Shown here: one piece after another, positions 13,126-25,084 of the stretch
Position numbering within the stretch: the stretch's first letter is position 1
Layout: each line of letters begins with the position of its first letter
Assembly: GCF_020745735.1 (NCBI RefSeq)
Contig: NC_083423.1
Span: 18,166,001 to 18,230,000 of the forward strand
From: Hemiscyllium ocellatum
Lineage: Eukaryota
Direction of reading: 5' to 3'
DNA: 64,000 bases
The notes under the pieces: generated by a model
What the model saw: only the letters and a program-made list of their open reading frames with translations
Told to the model about the DNA's origin: nothing
Databases searched by the model: none
Program-made: the position numbers and the translations under genes

Positions 13126-13877
13126 CTGTGGGACAATCAATCAATCACTAGATGACCCTCAACTTCCACAAGATGATATAGGGCTCACCAATCCAAGAGG
13201 AAAGCCCAAGGAGTCTCAACAATTATCCAGCCGGCTTTTGAACATGATGGTAATTAAGACAAGATACTCAATGCAAAGACCCTAATCAGAACTGGGTCAA
13301 AGGGTAGCAGAGATTAACTTGTAACCTTTTGTAATTTTCAATGTCTATAGTAGAATTTTGTCATATTAAATAGTTTTTTTAAAGAAAAAGATTGTGAATA
13401 CATTGAATATAACTTGGAACCAGGCTTAGTCACTGGCTCCCACACTGTGCACACAGGCTAGTGAGAACATTGACAATGCTTAAAGAAAGGGGTGGATTTA
13501 TGCAGAATCTCCCTCAACCTCAGTATATTTCAAAGTATTTTAGAATTCAGTAAGTATTTTTTGAAGTGTAGTTTTTGTTGTGGGAAACAGCAGGCAATTT
13601 GCACACAGATAATCAACAGCAAACTCTTTTGGTGATGATGATTTACGGATAAATATTAATGGGGACACAAGATGCCACTGGTAAGGCTGGAAAGCACCAC
13701 TTCAAACAGATACTAATGCACAGATGTTGAACTGATTAAGTGAAATATTCTGACACTTTGGGATCTGGCTGGTGACCAGAGAAAAAAGCAAAATTGAAGG
13801 CTGAACATTTACAGATTGTAACTACAGATCACCAAAGAAAATATTTAAAATTATGACAATGTGTGACAATCATGCAA

Positions 13878-14128
13878 TGGGCAGCACAGTGGTTAGCACT
13901 GCTGCCTCACAGCACCAGTTCCCACCTCAGGCAACTGCCTGTGTGGAGATTGCACATTCTCCCCGTGTCTGCGTGGGTTTCCTCCAGGTGCTCCGGTTTC
14001 CTCCCACAGTCCAAAAATGTGCAGGTCAAGTGAAGAGGTAAGTGTAGGGGAATGGTTGCGCTTCAGCAGTTCGGTGTGGACTTGTTGGGCTGAAGAGCTT
14101 GTTTCCACACTAAGTAATCTAATCTAAT
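13878..14128 (+). mobile_element. HE1-type SINE (internally deleted)
   Basis: gcacagtggttagcactgctgcctcacagc head and ctaatctaat tail. Confidence 0.8.
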
Positions 14129-14681
14129 CTCATATGTCTAAACACAAAATAACAGTAAGGTCACAGGCATAATGTTACTATCTCTAAAGGGAGAATTCAA
14201 ACCACGATCCCTCTGAGGATGAGTCACTGGACTTAAAACAATTCTGATTTCTTTCCATAGATGCTGCCACACCTGTTGAGCTTTTCCAGCAACTTCTGTT
14301 TTTCTTGTCCTTGATCCCTTTGTCTCTGTTAGAAACCAGACACCCACCACTTCATCATATGTCATCACTAGGATATCAGTCAAATGTCACAGTGAATGTG
14401 AAATGGGAACATTGCTATTCAATCCTGTCTGTCCCATTTGAATTCTACTGATCACTAGCAGCATCAATATAGCTAAATCAGACAATCATTTAACTTTATG
14501 TAAAGTATCTCAACAGTTTGTTTACTTAGCATTTTTGAACTCAAATATATATCGCACTGTGTAGTTGACTTTAATACATAGGTGCTAAGAGGATGTCTTC
14601 CCTTTATGGAAGAGTCAAGGACCAAAGGTCATAATCCTAGAGTAAGAGTCCATTCATTTAAGGCAGCGATGAGAAGGAATG

Positions 14682-14970
14682 ATAGAATTCCTACAGTATC
14701 AAAACAGGCTATTTGACCCAACAAGTCCACACCGACCGTCTGAAGAGTATCCCACCCAGACCCATTCCCCTACCCTATTACTCAAGAGATTTTCCATGAC
14801 TAATGCACCTAACCTACAAATCCCTGAACATTACGGACAATTTAGCATGGCCAATTCACCTGACCTGTAATCATTAAGATTGTGGAGGAATCACAGCCAC
14901 CCAAGGCTGGAATCAAAGCCAGGTTCCTGGCACTGACAGGCAACAGTGCTAACCACTGAGCCATCATGCT
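14682..14970 (-). mobile_element. HE1-type SINE (diverged)
   Basis: Similar to the other minus-strand copies. Confidence 0.7.
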
Positions 14971-15603
14971 TCCCCATGGAATTATCTATCACAGTGGGCT
15001 GAGGGAGTGCCATTCTATATACTGAAAGTGTGATAGGCAAGTTTTTAATCAGTAAAAGAATCATGATTTATAAGGTAATGGTAGGAAGGTTCAGTCGAGG
15101 ATTCTCAGATCAGCTCTGATCTGTCTGAATGACGGGCCGAATGGCCTGCTTCAGCTTAAGGCACTGTCTTTCAGGAACGTAGACAGGCAGGATTCTGGAA
15201 GAACACAGCAAGCCAGGCAGCACCAGGTGGAGAAGTCGACGTTTTGAGTGTAACCCTTTGGATTTCAGCATCTATAGTTTTTTTTGGTCTATAACCAAGT
15301 CTTTCACTGATAGTAAGGGGCGCCACGTCGAGTCATAATTTTAAAACCAAGCTTGATAAATGCTCTATAGACTAAAGGTATCCGGGCATCTGAGGTAAAG
15401 GTAGTTTCAGTATGCGAAGTTAAATCGCAGATCAGCCACTGAGTGCAGGCAGGGAGTAACCTTCCTGTTCCCATCTTGTGCAGCAATGTTCCAAACTCCA
15501 CCCTCCACACTCAGGCAAATCCTTTTATATTATCCAACCTGAAAGTCCACCTTACCTCTGGATAAACAATCTACTTTCAGCTTCTGTAATTTTGCAAACT
15601 CAC

Positions 15604-15780
15604 GCAACCAAAGGGAAGTTGCAGGCTCCGGTGAAACTCTCTATACTCCACCTTCCCAGGACAGCAGCCCGTGACAAACAGGTGACCATCCCAAACCCAC
15701 AATGCACCACGCACAAGGCGGAGATAGACCACTTTACCCGTGACGTCATCGTGCGGGGCGGTCGCCGCCATTTTCGATCC
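15604..15780 (-). promoter_or_regulatory. CpG-rich promoter-like segment and putative first exon of the legumain-prodomain gene
   Basis: Perfect CRE TGACGTCA at 15741-15748, GC box GGGGCGG at 15755-15761, YY1-type CCGCCATTTT at 15765-15774, locally high CpG, and a minus-strand donor TGC|GTGAGT at 15604/15603. Direction of transcription is not proven. Confidence 0.5.
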
Positions 15781-16199
15781 CATGACTGTTCCGGGGTCTT
15801 CAATAAGAGAACATACCATCACTGAAGTGGATGTGGAATCCAAATATATTGACTTATTTACGAATAATTGTAACTACAAAATGTTGCATTTTAGATGTGC
15901 ACCATATGTAATAATTTTTACGTAACAAGACCTATTTTTATATGAGCAATTCCATTATTGAAATGAAAAATAGGATACTTTGTGAAATATTTCACTTTTA
16001 CTTTTATTTAAGTCAACAAACCATGATAAACCATATTGAAGTTCTCACCAAGTCAATTTCGAGTAGAAAGGTTGACATAAAAATAGCGACAGGAATGTGT
16101 TTGGAAGTTGTTAAATACGGACACAGGTTCCTTTTAGTTCAAATTAAAACACATCAACTAAATTTAAAGAAGGCAGTAAATCCAAATAATGGAACAGAT

Positions 16200-16475
16200 T
16201 CACAGCATCATAGGATCTCTACAGTGTGGACAAAGGCCATTCAGCCAATTCACATCAACCCTTCAAAAAGCATCCCATCCAGACCCAAACCCCTTACCCT
16301 ATCCCTGCATCTCCCATGATTAATCCACGAACCTGCACATTTTCAGACTGTGTGAGGAATGCCACACAGACATGAGATAATGTAAACTCCACATGGACAG
16401 TCACCCAAGGGTGGAATTGAACCCCAGTCCCTGGCAGTTTGAGGCAGCAGTGCCAACTACTGAGCTACTATGCCA
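16200..16475 (-). mobile_element. HE1-type SINE (diverged)
   Basis: tctacagtgtgg...ggcagcagtgc matches the other copies. Confidence 0.7.
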
Positions 16476-17673
16476 TCTCAAATCATGAATGACTAAAATG
16501 TGTAGAATGATTCTATTAAGCTATAAACAATGTTGGGATGAGGTGGGTTGCAGTTAAACCTGTATTTATCCACACTGGAAGTAATAACAAAATTTACATG
16601 GTCATGGCAATTGGACAGGTTAACTACTATCAGCAGGAAGAGAACTTGAAAATGACTACTTCAAAGCCACAATTTGCCAAGTGGCAGGTATGCATCAATA
16701 CCTTCCCTGCTATTGGGAAAATACCAATAGAGACAAGTTCGAGAAAGACACGATGCCTTCCTTCCCATCCAACCTCATTTTAAGCTTCCCCACTTCCTAC
16801 CTGCCAACCCAATCCAATTCCAATTCTATGGGAGAAACAACACCTAATGGAATTAGGCTTTAGTTTCTGATAGTTTGTTGGTCTAGGACTGCCCTCTTGG
16901 AAATGTGAAATAAGGAGCACCTCCACTGTGCAACCTCCCCCCCCCCCCCCCCCCCCAAACCATACCTGTACCCCATTAACTGCACACTTATTCAGTGGCA
17001 CGGTGAGCATGTAGGATTCAAGTCCTACCTGTTCCAGAGGTATGTCACTAACATAGCTGAACAGGTTAATTAAAGATACCAATAATGGCCTGGTGATGTC
17101 CAAAACTCTCACGGAAATGGAGGAGTAGCTGACAAAAAAGCACTTAAACTCTGAGTCATCCTGAGGCAGTGAGGAAAACCTCAGTTCCACTTGTTTTCCA
17201 CATTTTCTAAATGTTCTCCTTTATTACATTTAGCCTAATTTTTTTGTGTTGACTGGTAATATGGCCTGTGCCATCTTTGAGGCATAGTTTCCCAAAGATT
17301 GAAAGCCAGTCTATTATACTTCGTTAATTCAACCATTGTCTCTTTAATTGGGTTGTATGATCCATGACTTTTTCATTATCTGAGAAATAGCTAATGTTCT
17401 TCAGTGGTTTTTGAGTTGCTGATAAAAGTTTATGAGCCTGATCTGCAAAATGGTTTCCACATAAACTGAAAAAAAAGTTTTTGTTGTCAAAAAATCCTGA
17501 TATAACCTCTTCATAACCCTTTAACCCATTACTAATTTAAAAATCTGTTTCTTTCTTCCTTAAATTTATTTGTTATCCATTCACAGGGTAGAGAATGGCA
17601 TAGATTCAGAACCATTTGAGATATGTAATTCCTCCCTATCTGTTTTATATTTGCTAAACCTTAGTCTAAAGCC

Positions 17674-17777
17674 ATGATTTCTCATTCTAGATTGCTTCAG
17701 AAAGGGAAACATCCACTCTACGCTGACATTGTCAAGATCTTTTAATATCTTATACACCCCAATTAGATCTCCTCTTA
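17674..17777 (-). repeat. About 104-bp CR1-derived segment duplicated in inverted orientation at 24417-24520
   Basis: Reverse complement matches 24417-24520 with two substitutions that I could see. Confidence 0.85.
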
Positions 17778-18216
17778 CTTTTTTAACTCGAGCAAGTATA
17801 GTCCCAGATTGCCTCATGAGACTAACCTTTCACCTCTGGAATTAATGTAGTGAACATTCACTGAACTGCCTCCACTGCAATTTCATGCTTCCTCAAATAA
17901 GGGGACCAAACCTGTGGACGTTACTCCAGATGCATTCTCACCAATGCTTAAAACAATTGCAACAACATTTCTCTACTTTCATACGCTATTCCTTTAGCAA
18001 GGTGGGCTCTTCCTTCCATCCAGAAATGTTAAAACACCAAATGAGGGGGATCCAAGATGGCGGCGACCCAGCAAGACTGAGTCCACAGTGCTCTACCCAA
18101 AACTTGGGAAAAGTGGGCTATCCACCCCCACCACACTCACTAAACCATTTATAATAGTTGTTAACCTTAAATAGTTACCTATTAGTACATTTAAATAGTC
18201 TAATACTAGCTGGAAA

Positions 18217-19080
18217 ATGAGTAAAGGGAAGGGAACAGGCGGCTCTAAGAAAGCAGGGACCCCTCCGCCACCCTCTCCCTCTTCAGCTGCAACAAAGGTG
18301 TCTTCAGCTACTTCAGGAGATTTACCAATGAAGATGAGCTTTGAGGAGATGTTTGCCAGGTGGGAGGCGAAGATTGATGCTTTTATCGATGAGTCTCGGC
18401 AGAGCAGAGAAGCACTATCAGCCGAGCTGCAGAAGCAGGGCAGAGACATTCAGGAATTGGAGTGCCGAGTCAGAGAGGTGGAGTCGAAGGCCGCAGCCTC
18501 AGAGACTGGGATAAAATCAACAGCCGACCACATCCGTTTTCTCGAGAATCGAGTCCAGAACCTAGAAAACCACATTGATGACCTTGAAAATCGATGTCGT
18601 AGAAAAAATATTCGGTTGTTGGGCCTGCCCGAGCAGGAAGAGGGAGGTCAGCTGACAGCATTCTTAGAGCATTGGCTGCCACAACTTTTAAATCTGCATA
18701 ATGGATCAGGCCAGGTAAGGGTAGAATGGGCCTACCGGGTCACAGTACGTGGGCCCGGCTCAACCCAGCGCCCACGCCCGGTCCTGTTCCAGCTGCAGAG
18801 CTATAGGGAGAGGCAGATGCTCCTGGAAGCCTCAAGAAATCTGGGAAAAGATCCCCAAGCTATGACCCACAAAGGATCCAGGATCATGCTGTTCCAGGAC
18901 TTCTCCCCAGCTTTGGTCCGAAAGAGGAAGGCATTCGATGAGGCGAAGAAGCGTTTAAGGGACTTAAATATCCAGTACTCCTTACGATATCCAGCGACGC
19001 TACGCCTTAGCCACGAAGGATCCATATATAACTTCGGATCACCAGAGAAGGCTAAGGAATTCTTGGACTCTCTTAAATAA
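18217..19080 (+). CDS. L1 ORF1p (287 aa; coiled coil, RRM, CTD), intact
   Basis: Heptad-rich region followed by DDLENRCRRKNIRLLGLPE, RPRPVL and FQDFS..L..KRK motifs typical of L1 ORF1p. Confidence 0.9.
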   Translation: MSKGKGTGGSKKAGTPPPPSPSSAATKVSSATSGDLPMKMSFEEMFARWEAKIDAFIDESRQSREALSAELQKQGRDIQELECRVREVESKAAASETGIKSTADHIRFLENRVQNLENHIDDLENRCRRKNIRLLGLPEQEEGGQLTAFLEHWLPQLLNLHNGSGQVRVEWAYRVTVRGPGSTQRPRPVLFQLQSYRERQMLLEASRNLGKDPQAMTHKGSRIMLFQDFSPALVRKRKAFDEAKKRLRDLNIQYSLRYPATLRLSHEGSIYNFGSPEKAKEFLDSLK

Positions 19081-19710
19081 ACTGTAAGAGATTGTGGACG
19101 TTGGTCTGCCTTTCCCATTATTTTGGTTTACATCCCTTCAACTTTTCTTATCTTTCCCCCTATGTGTGTATGTGTATATATATATATATATATATAGGGG
19201 TGTTTGGTTAATGTTGATGGGGAGAGGTGGTTACCTTATTCTATTTTACTTCTGTTTTTAGGAGCGGGGTTGTTTTTCTTTCCCCTGTTATTTTGTGGTA
19301 TTATATTTAAGTATTACATGTTGAGATTGTAATCTTATAGTTATATATGGTATTAATATTCCCAAATATATTTAGATGTGGGTGTGGGTGGGGGTGGGGT
19401 GTTCACTGTTAACTCTAGCTTTATATTATATTTGAATTCTCCTCATTTTATTGAGGAACACCTGGGTCAAGGGTGGGGCACTGGTTGGAAGAGGGTAAGA
19501 TGGACTGTGGGAGAGGAAGTGACGCTCCCTGGGAACAAGGGAGAAAATCTCCAATTCGGAATGTTTTATATTTTTTATACTTAGAAAGAGTTTTTTGTTA
19601 TATTGTTTTGAGTGTATCAGAGAGTCTTTACTTTTGTAAATCTTGTATGTTCCATGCTCGGGATGTTCTAGATAGGGTTTCCCCTCCCGAGGGGTCTCGG
19701 ATCTGTCCAG

Positions 19711-22700
19711 ATGATTATGGCTGAACAGTCGGTTAAGTGGTGCACCTGGAATGTCAGGGGGAGTAATTCGCCAGTTAAAAGGAAGAAAATATTATCAAAT
19801 CTTAAGAAGGAGAGAGTTGATATAGCTCTCCTACAGGAGACACACCTGTCGGATAAAGAACACTTAAAATTACGACAGGGCGGATTTGATCAGGCCTTTT
19901 TTTCCTCTTTTAATTCAAAAAGCAGGGGAATCGTTATCCTTGTCCGGAAGAACTTCCCTTTGAAAATTCTAAATCAGATAAAAGACGAATCTGGACGATA
20001 TATTTTGATTAAAGCCCTCATAAATGGAGAGGAATATGGGATCTTAAATGTATACTGCCCCCCGGCACACCCCTTTAAATTCATAACGGAAGCTTTTTCA
20101 AAACTGATGGCCTTTGGTGCCCGTCATACAATTATAGGGGGAGACTTTAATTGTATTATGGATCCGGAAAAGACAGGATTCCCAAGAGTGCTGCTGGAGT
20201 ATCTCCCAGATCTAGACAACTGGCAGACCTGAATAAAGAATTAGGATTGGTAGATGTATGGAGATGTCTCCATCCACAGGGTAGAGATTTTTCTTTCTAC
20301 TCTAATCCACATAAATGTCACACAAGAATTGATATGTTTTTTGCCCCATCGATTTTTCTAAACTCTATAGCAACCTGTAAAATAGGTACTATAGCAATCT
20401 CTGACCATGCCGCTGTATACATGGAAACTAAGGTAAAGAACAATGGGACATCTGCTCGGCATTGGCGTATGGACCCCTTCCTGATAAAAGATAGCAAATT
20501 TTTAAAGTACTTCTCCCACGAACTTAAAACTTTTTTAGAAATTAATACTGGTACGGCTAGCAATCCGTCAATGATGTGGGAGTCCATCAAAGCTTATGCA
20601 CGAGGTTTGATCATCTCCTATTCAGTGACCCAGAGGAAAATGAAGGGAGAGCAACAGCGTCTGCTCGAAGCTCGCCTAAAAGCAGCCGAAACAGCATACG
20701 CTGATAGACCTTCCATCACAAAATTGCAGAGGATTACAGCTCTTAGGACAGCTTTAAACACCGCGCTTACTCAAACGGCTAAAAGGGAAATATTATTTGC
20801 GAAACAAAGATTATATGAATATGGCGACAAACCGGGTAGATACTTAGCATTTCTTGCAAAGAAAAAGAAAGCCCCTCAAACTATTCCGACCATCAAGGAA
20901 AGTACAGGTACCCTGACTCATGATCATAAAAAGATCAATGCGACCTTTAAAGAATTTTATTCTGAACTATATAGATCGCAGGATTGTGAAGATAGGATTA
21001 GGAGGATGCAGTCATTTTTAAAAAATTTGACCTTCCCGGGCCTGACTCCGGAACAGGTGTCGGCCCTAAATACCCCTTTAACAGTCCAAGAAATACTTGA
21101 GGCAATTAGGCAACTTCAGAGCGGAACAGCACCGGGCCCGGATGGTTTTCAAGCTGAATTCTATAAAGAATTTACAGGAATATTGGTTGACCCACTTATG
21201 GATATGTATAATTTTGCGCATAGTCAGGTCTGTCTCCCGCCCACGCTGAAAGAAGCAAATATTTCTCTTATCCTCAAAAAAGGAAAAGACCCAGAAGATT
21301 GTGCATCTTACAGACCAATATCCTTACTAAATGTAGACTTTAAAATTCTCTCAAAAATGTTAGCACTAAGACTAGAAAGGGTACTGCCATATATTATAAA
21401 GGAGGACCAGACGGGATTTATTAAGGGCCGCAGATCATCCAATAATATCAGAAGGGTCTTGAATATGATCCAAGCCTGTCATCAGGGAAAGATACCAGGA
21501 GTAGTAATTTCATTGGATGCGGAAAAGGCATTTGATAGGGTTGAATGGTCATATTTATTTTACACATTGGAAAGGTTTGGCATTGGACAGGTGTTTACCA
21601 AATGGGTTTCAACATTGTATAATGACCCCAAAGCAGCTGTTATTACTAACGAGTTAAGATCGGATGGCTTCAGTGTGGGTAGGGGCTGCCGTCAAGGATG
21701 TCCTCTCTCACCATTGTTGTTTACACTGATAATCGAACCATTAGCAGAAGCCATCCGGACTGATCCTAATATAACGGCCCCGAGGATTGGTACAGGTAAA
21801 CACAAAATTACCCTCTATGCAGATGACGTTCTCTTATTCCTCAGTAATCCTTTAATGTCAGTGCCTCGTCTAATTCAAGTTATTAATACATTTAGTGCAT
21901 TCTCAGGCTATAAAATTAATTTTTCAAAATCGGAAGCCATGCCAATGGGTTGTCTGGCTATGATACCCCACTTAATGGACGGATCCCCTTTTCCCTTCCG
22001 TTGGTCCCTGGAGGGCTTCTTATATTTAGGTATTTTTATCATGCCAGTATTTGATCAGCTGTATAGGGCTAATTTTGTACAATTAATGGAAAGGATAAGG
22101 CAGGACCTCCAGCGATGGAGAGACCTTCCGATTTCCTGGCTAGGGAGAATAGCATTAATTAAAATGAATGTTCTGCCCCGTCTCTTATATCCTATGAGAA
22201 TGCTCCCGCTGATGCTGCCAAGGCTAGCCCTACGTAAATTATATGGCTGGTTGGGCTCCTTTATTTGGAACCATAGACGGCCCCTTATTAAGCTGAAGAA
22301 GCTACAGCTTCCACAGGCAAGGGGAGGATGGGACTTCCCAGACTTTAGGAAATATCAGTTAAGCTCCCTACTAAGTTACATAGCTGATTGGGTTTCATCT
22401 GATCCACAATCAATTTGGCTGGATATCGAAGCCTCCCAAGTAAAATACCCACTTATTAACCTTTTATTTTCAGATAAGAGGAAAATCATTACAGACCACT
22501 GTAAAAATCCCATAATATTAAACACAATTAAGGCCTGGAATATAATGCGGCAAAATGAGGGTAACTCACATAAAACATCCCCCCATGCACCAATAGTAGG
22601 CGCATGGGGATTCCAACCGGGGATTACAGATGCCACCTTTAAACTCTGGAGATCCAGGGGCATCTCATGCTTAGGGGACCTATTTAAAGATGGGATCCTG

Positions 22701-23523
22701 ATGTCATTTGAGCAGCTGCGTCTGAAATTCGGAATACCTAATGGGGATCTCTTTTGATACTTCCAAGTTCGAGATTATATACAGAGGAAGACTACATTAA
22801 TAGATAGTCTTTATAAATCAGACAGAGAACGTAATGTCTTACGACCAGCGGGGGCATCCTCCGTCAGTACTATATACCATTTGCTACATGATGGAGTCTC
22901 AGGAGACATGGATGACCTGCTTAAAACATGGGAGCAGGACTTGGGGCTAGAAATCTCTGAGGATATATGGAATGACATTTGGGAAAATGCTAGAAGAATT
23001 GCTATCTGTAACAGAACTCAGGCTATCCAACTAAAGATACTTCATAGGGCCCATATAGCTCTGGCTCGACTGGCAAAATTTAAGGCAGGAGCATCTCCAA
23101 TGTGTCCTAAATGCAAAATAGAGGTGGGTACTCTTGTACATTGTCTGTGGACTTGTCAGAAAATCCGCAGATACTGGACTAAAGTGGCAAATACCCTGAC
23201 AGAAATTTTAGGAACGGAAATTAGGGTGGACCCTGTATCTCTCCTTTTGGGCTTTTCGAACCTCTCATCTCTGGATATGCATGGGAAGAGACTATTTTCT
23301 ATTCTCTCTTTCTGTGCAAGGAAAAATATTTTGGTGAACTGGGTGGCTGAGGGCCCCCCCTGGACTTTCAAATTGGCACAGATTAATTATGGAATATATC
23401 CCCCTTGACTTCCTCACAAATATGGTGCACCGAAAGACTGAATTATTTTATAAAATATGGCAGCCCTTTTTGAATTATATAAATGCGGATATTTCGGCTA
23501 TCCTAACAAGGGCTTTTATTTAG
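19711..23523 (+). pseudogene. L1 ORF2 (endonuclease, reverse transcriptase, CCHC) with three lesions
   Basis: WNVRG, LLQETH, IGGDFN, SDHA (APE); APGPDG, YRPISL, DAEKAFD, QGCPLSP, YADD (RT); CPKC..HCLWTC. Frameshift near 20168, in-frame TGA at 22755-22757, frameshift in the C-run at about 23354-23360; probable true stop TAG at 23521-23523. Confidence 0.9.
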
Positions 23524-24416
23524 TGAAGATTTCAGACCGGGCTGCTCCGGGGCCCCTTGGGAGAGGAATCCTGCGCGAATACAGGTTTTATTATATTTGA
23601 TGTTTATACATTCCGAGCATGTAAGAGACTTAGGTATACACTCTGGTTAGTTATAGGTTAAATTAGTAGAAAGTTGAGTTTTTTTTTCTTTCTTTTTTCG
23701 TTACTTTTTTTTCTTTTTTTTGTTTTCTTTCTTTCTCTTTTCTTTGTTAAATTATGACTATTGTATATATGATTTAATTGTACATCAATGTTTGTATTTG
23801 AGAGTTTTGTTTATTTTTGTAAATTTGCAAAAATGTTAAATTTCAATAAAAATATCTACAAAAAAACCCACCAAATTAAACTAAGAAGTCATGGATGCAG
23901 AAGACTTGAAAGGGAAGCAGCCAGATTCATTGAGGCTAATATAATGCAGTGCTGATGGAGCTTCAATGATCCACTAAGATCTGGAAATTTAAGTGGCAAC
24001 AAAAATGAGGCTGGGAAGTGAGGCCAGTTTAGACACCAGTGTGCACATCAACCAAGAAGGTTGTGTAGTTCTTCCTGACATTGTCAGATCAAGTGACCAA
24101 TTGGCTCATTGAGATGCAGTTCTCAAGGATTGATGAGGCAGACACAATGAAAGTGCTTCATTGAGTAGTGCATATCTCATGTGATTGTCATGCTGGAATG
24201 GATGAGCAGGGTGTCTTTCTCATAAATCAGTCTCTCTTCATCCTGTAAAAGATAGCACTTCATTTGCAGAGATATTTCGGGCTAATGGAAGTGTGCTGTA
24301 GCACTGTTCATGATTCCTTTGGAGGATGGCCTTACCTTCCTGTCTGTACCATGTAGTAACTCCTACTTCTTTGTAAGTTCATTACCTTGTGTGTACTTTT
24401 GTTTGTGTCTGAAAAA

Positions 24417-24520
24417 TAAGAGGAGATCTAATTGGGGTGTATAAGATATTAAAAGATCTTGACAATGTCAGCGTAGAGTTGATGTTTCCCTTTCTGGAGC
24501 AATCTAGAATGAGAAATCAT
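24417..24520 (+). repeat. Inverted copy of 17674-17777
   Basis: Direct sequence comparison. Confidence 0.85.
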
Positions 24521-25084
24521 ATTTTGTTAGTTAAAAAAAAACCTTGTTTCCAGTCAAGTAGACTGTGGAATTGCCTCTCTTTCATTTTCAATCTAGTTAC
24601 TAAAGAAATGAAGTGTGATATCTAGGTGCTACATAAAGCAAATTTTTTTTTAACATTGTAACAGACTGAAGGAGGTTAAACAGGTAGGAAGTTGTAATCT
24701 CTCCTTACTTAGTTGTAACATTAAATATGGTGACCAGTGCATCCATTGGCCTTCATGTCTCCTTGATGGGTTAACACTAGCTGCATCTTAATGTGTCCCA
24801 AACCCTGCCCTTTCTCTTTAGATATCTCCCAAACAACCTCTTCAGAGGCGTTAAAACATACATCTAGAGTAGGTGGGACTTGAACTTGGGGCTCCTGGCC
24901 CAGATGTAGGAACACTTCCCATTGTAGGTTTTCTGCTTCTGAAACATTTGCAGTGCTCTTGGATCAATAATTTATCTACAATTTTCTTTTCAGGTCAGTT
25001 CCCTTATGCAAATGTCAGACTGTTTTGCTCTCTTATATTTTAAAACAAGCTAGTATTCAAAGCTTGATTCTCAACTTGCTCACA

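Larger units (their letters stand above)
18043..23868 (+). mobile_element. Full-length L1 (LINE-1) retrotransposon, near intact
   Basis: G-rich 5' end with YY1-type CAAGATGGCGGC (18053-18064), ORF1, ORF2 (APE, RT, CCHC), AATAAA at 23845-23850, short A tail, and caccaaat direct repeat at 18035-18042 and 23869-23876 (probable TSD). Confidence 0.93.

Noticed and set aside
24336-24408. Exon-like minus-strand segment considered as a missing legumain exon
   Set aside because: No frame matches legumain beyond chance similarity.
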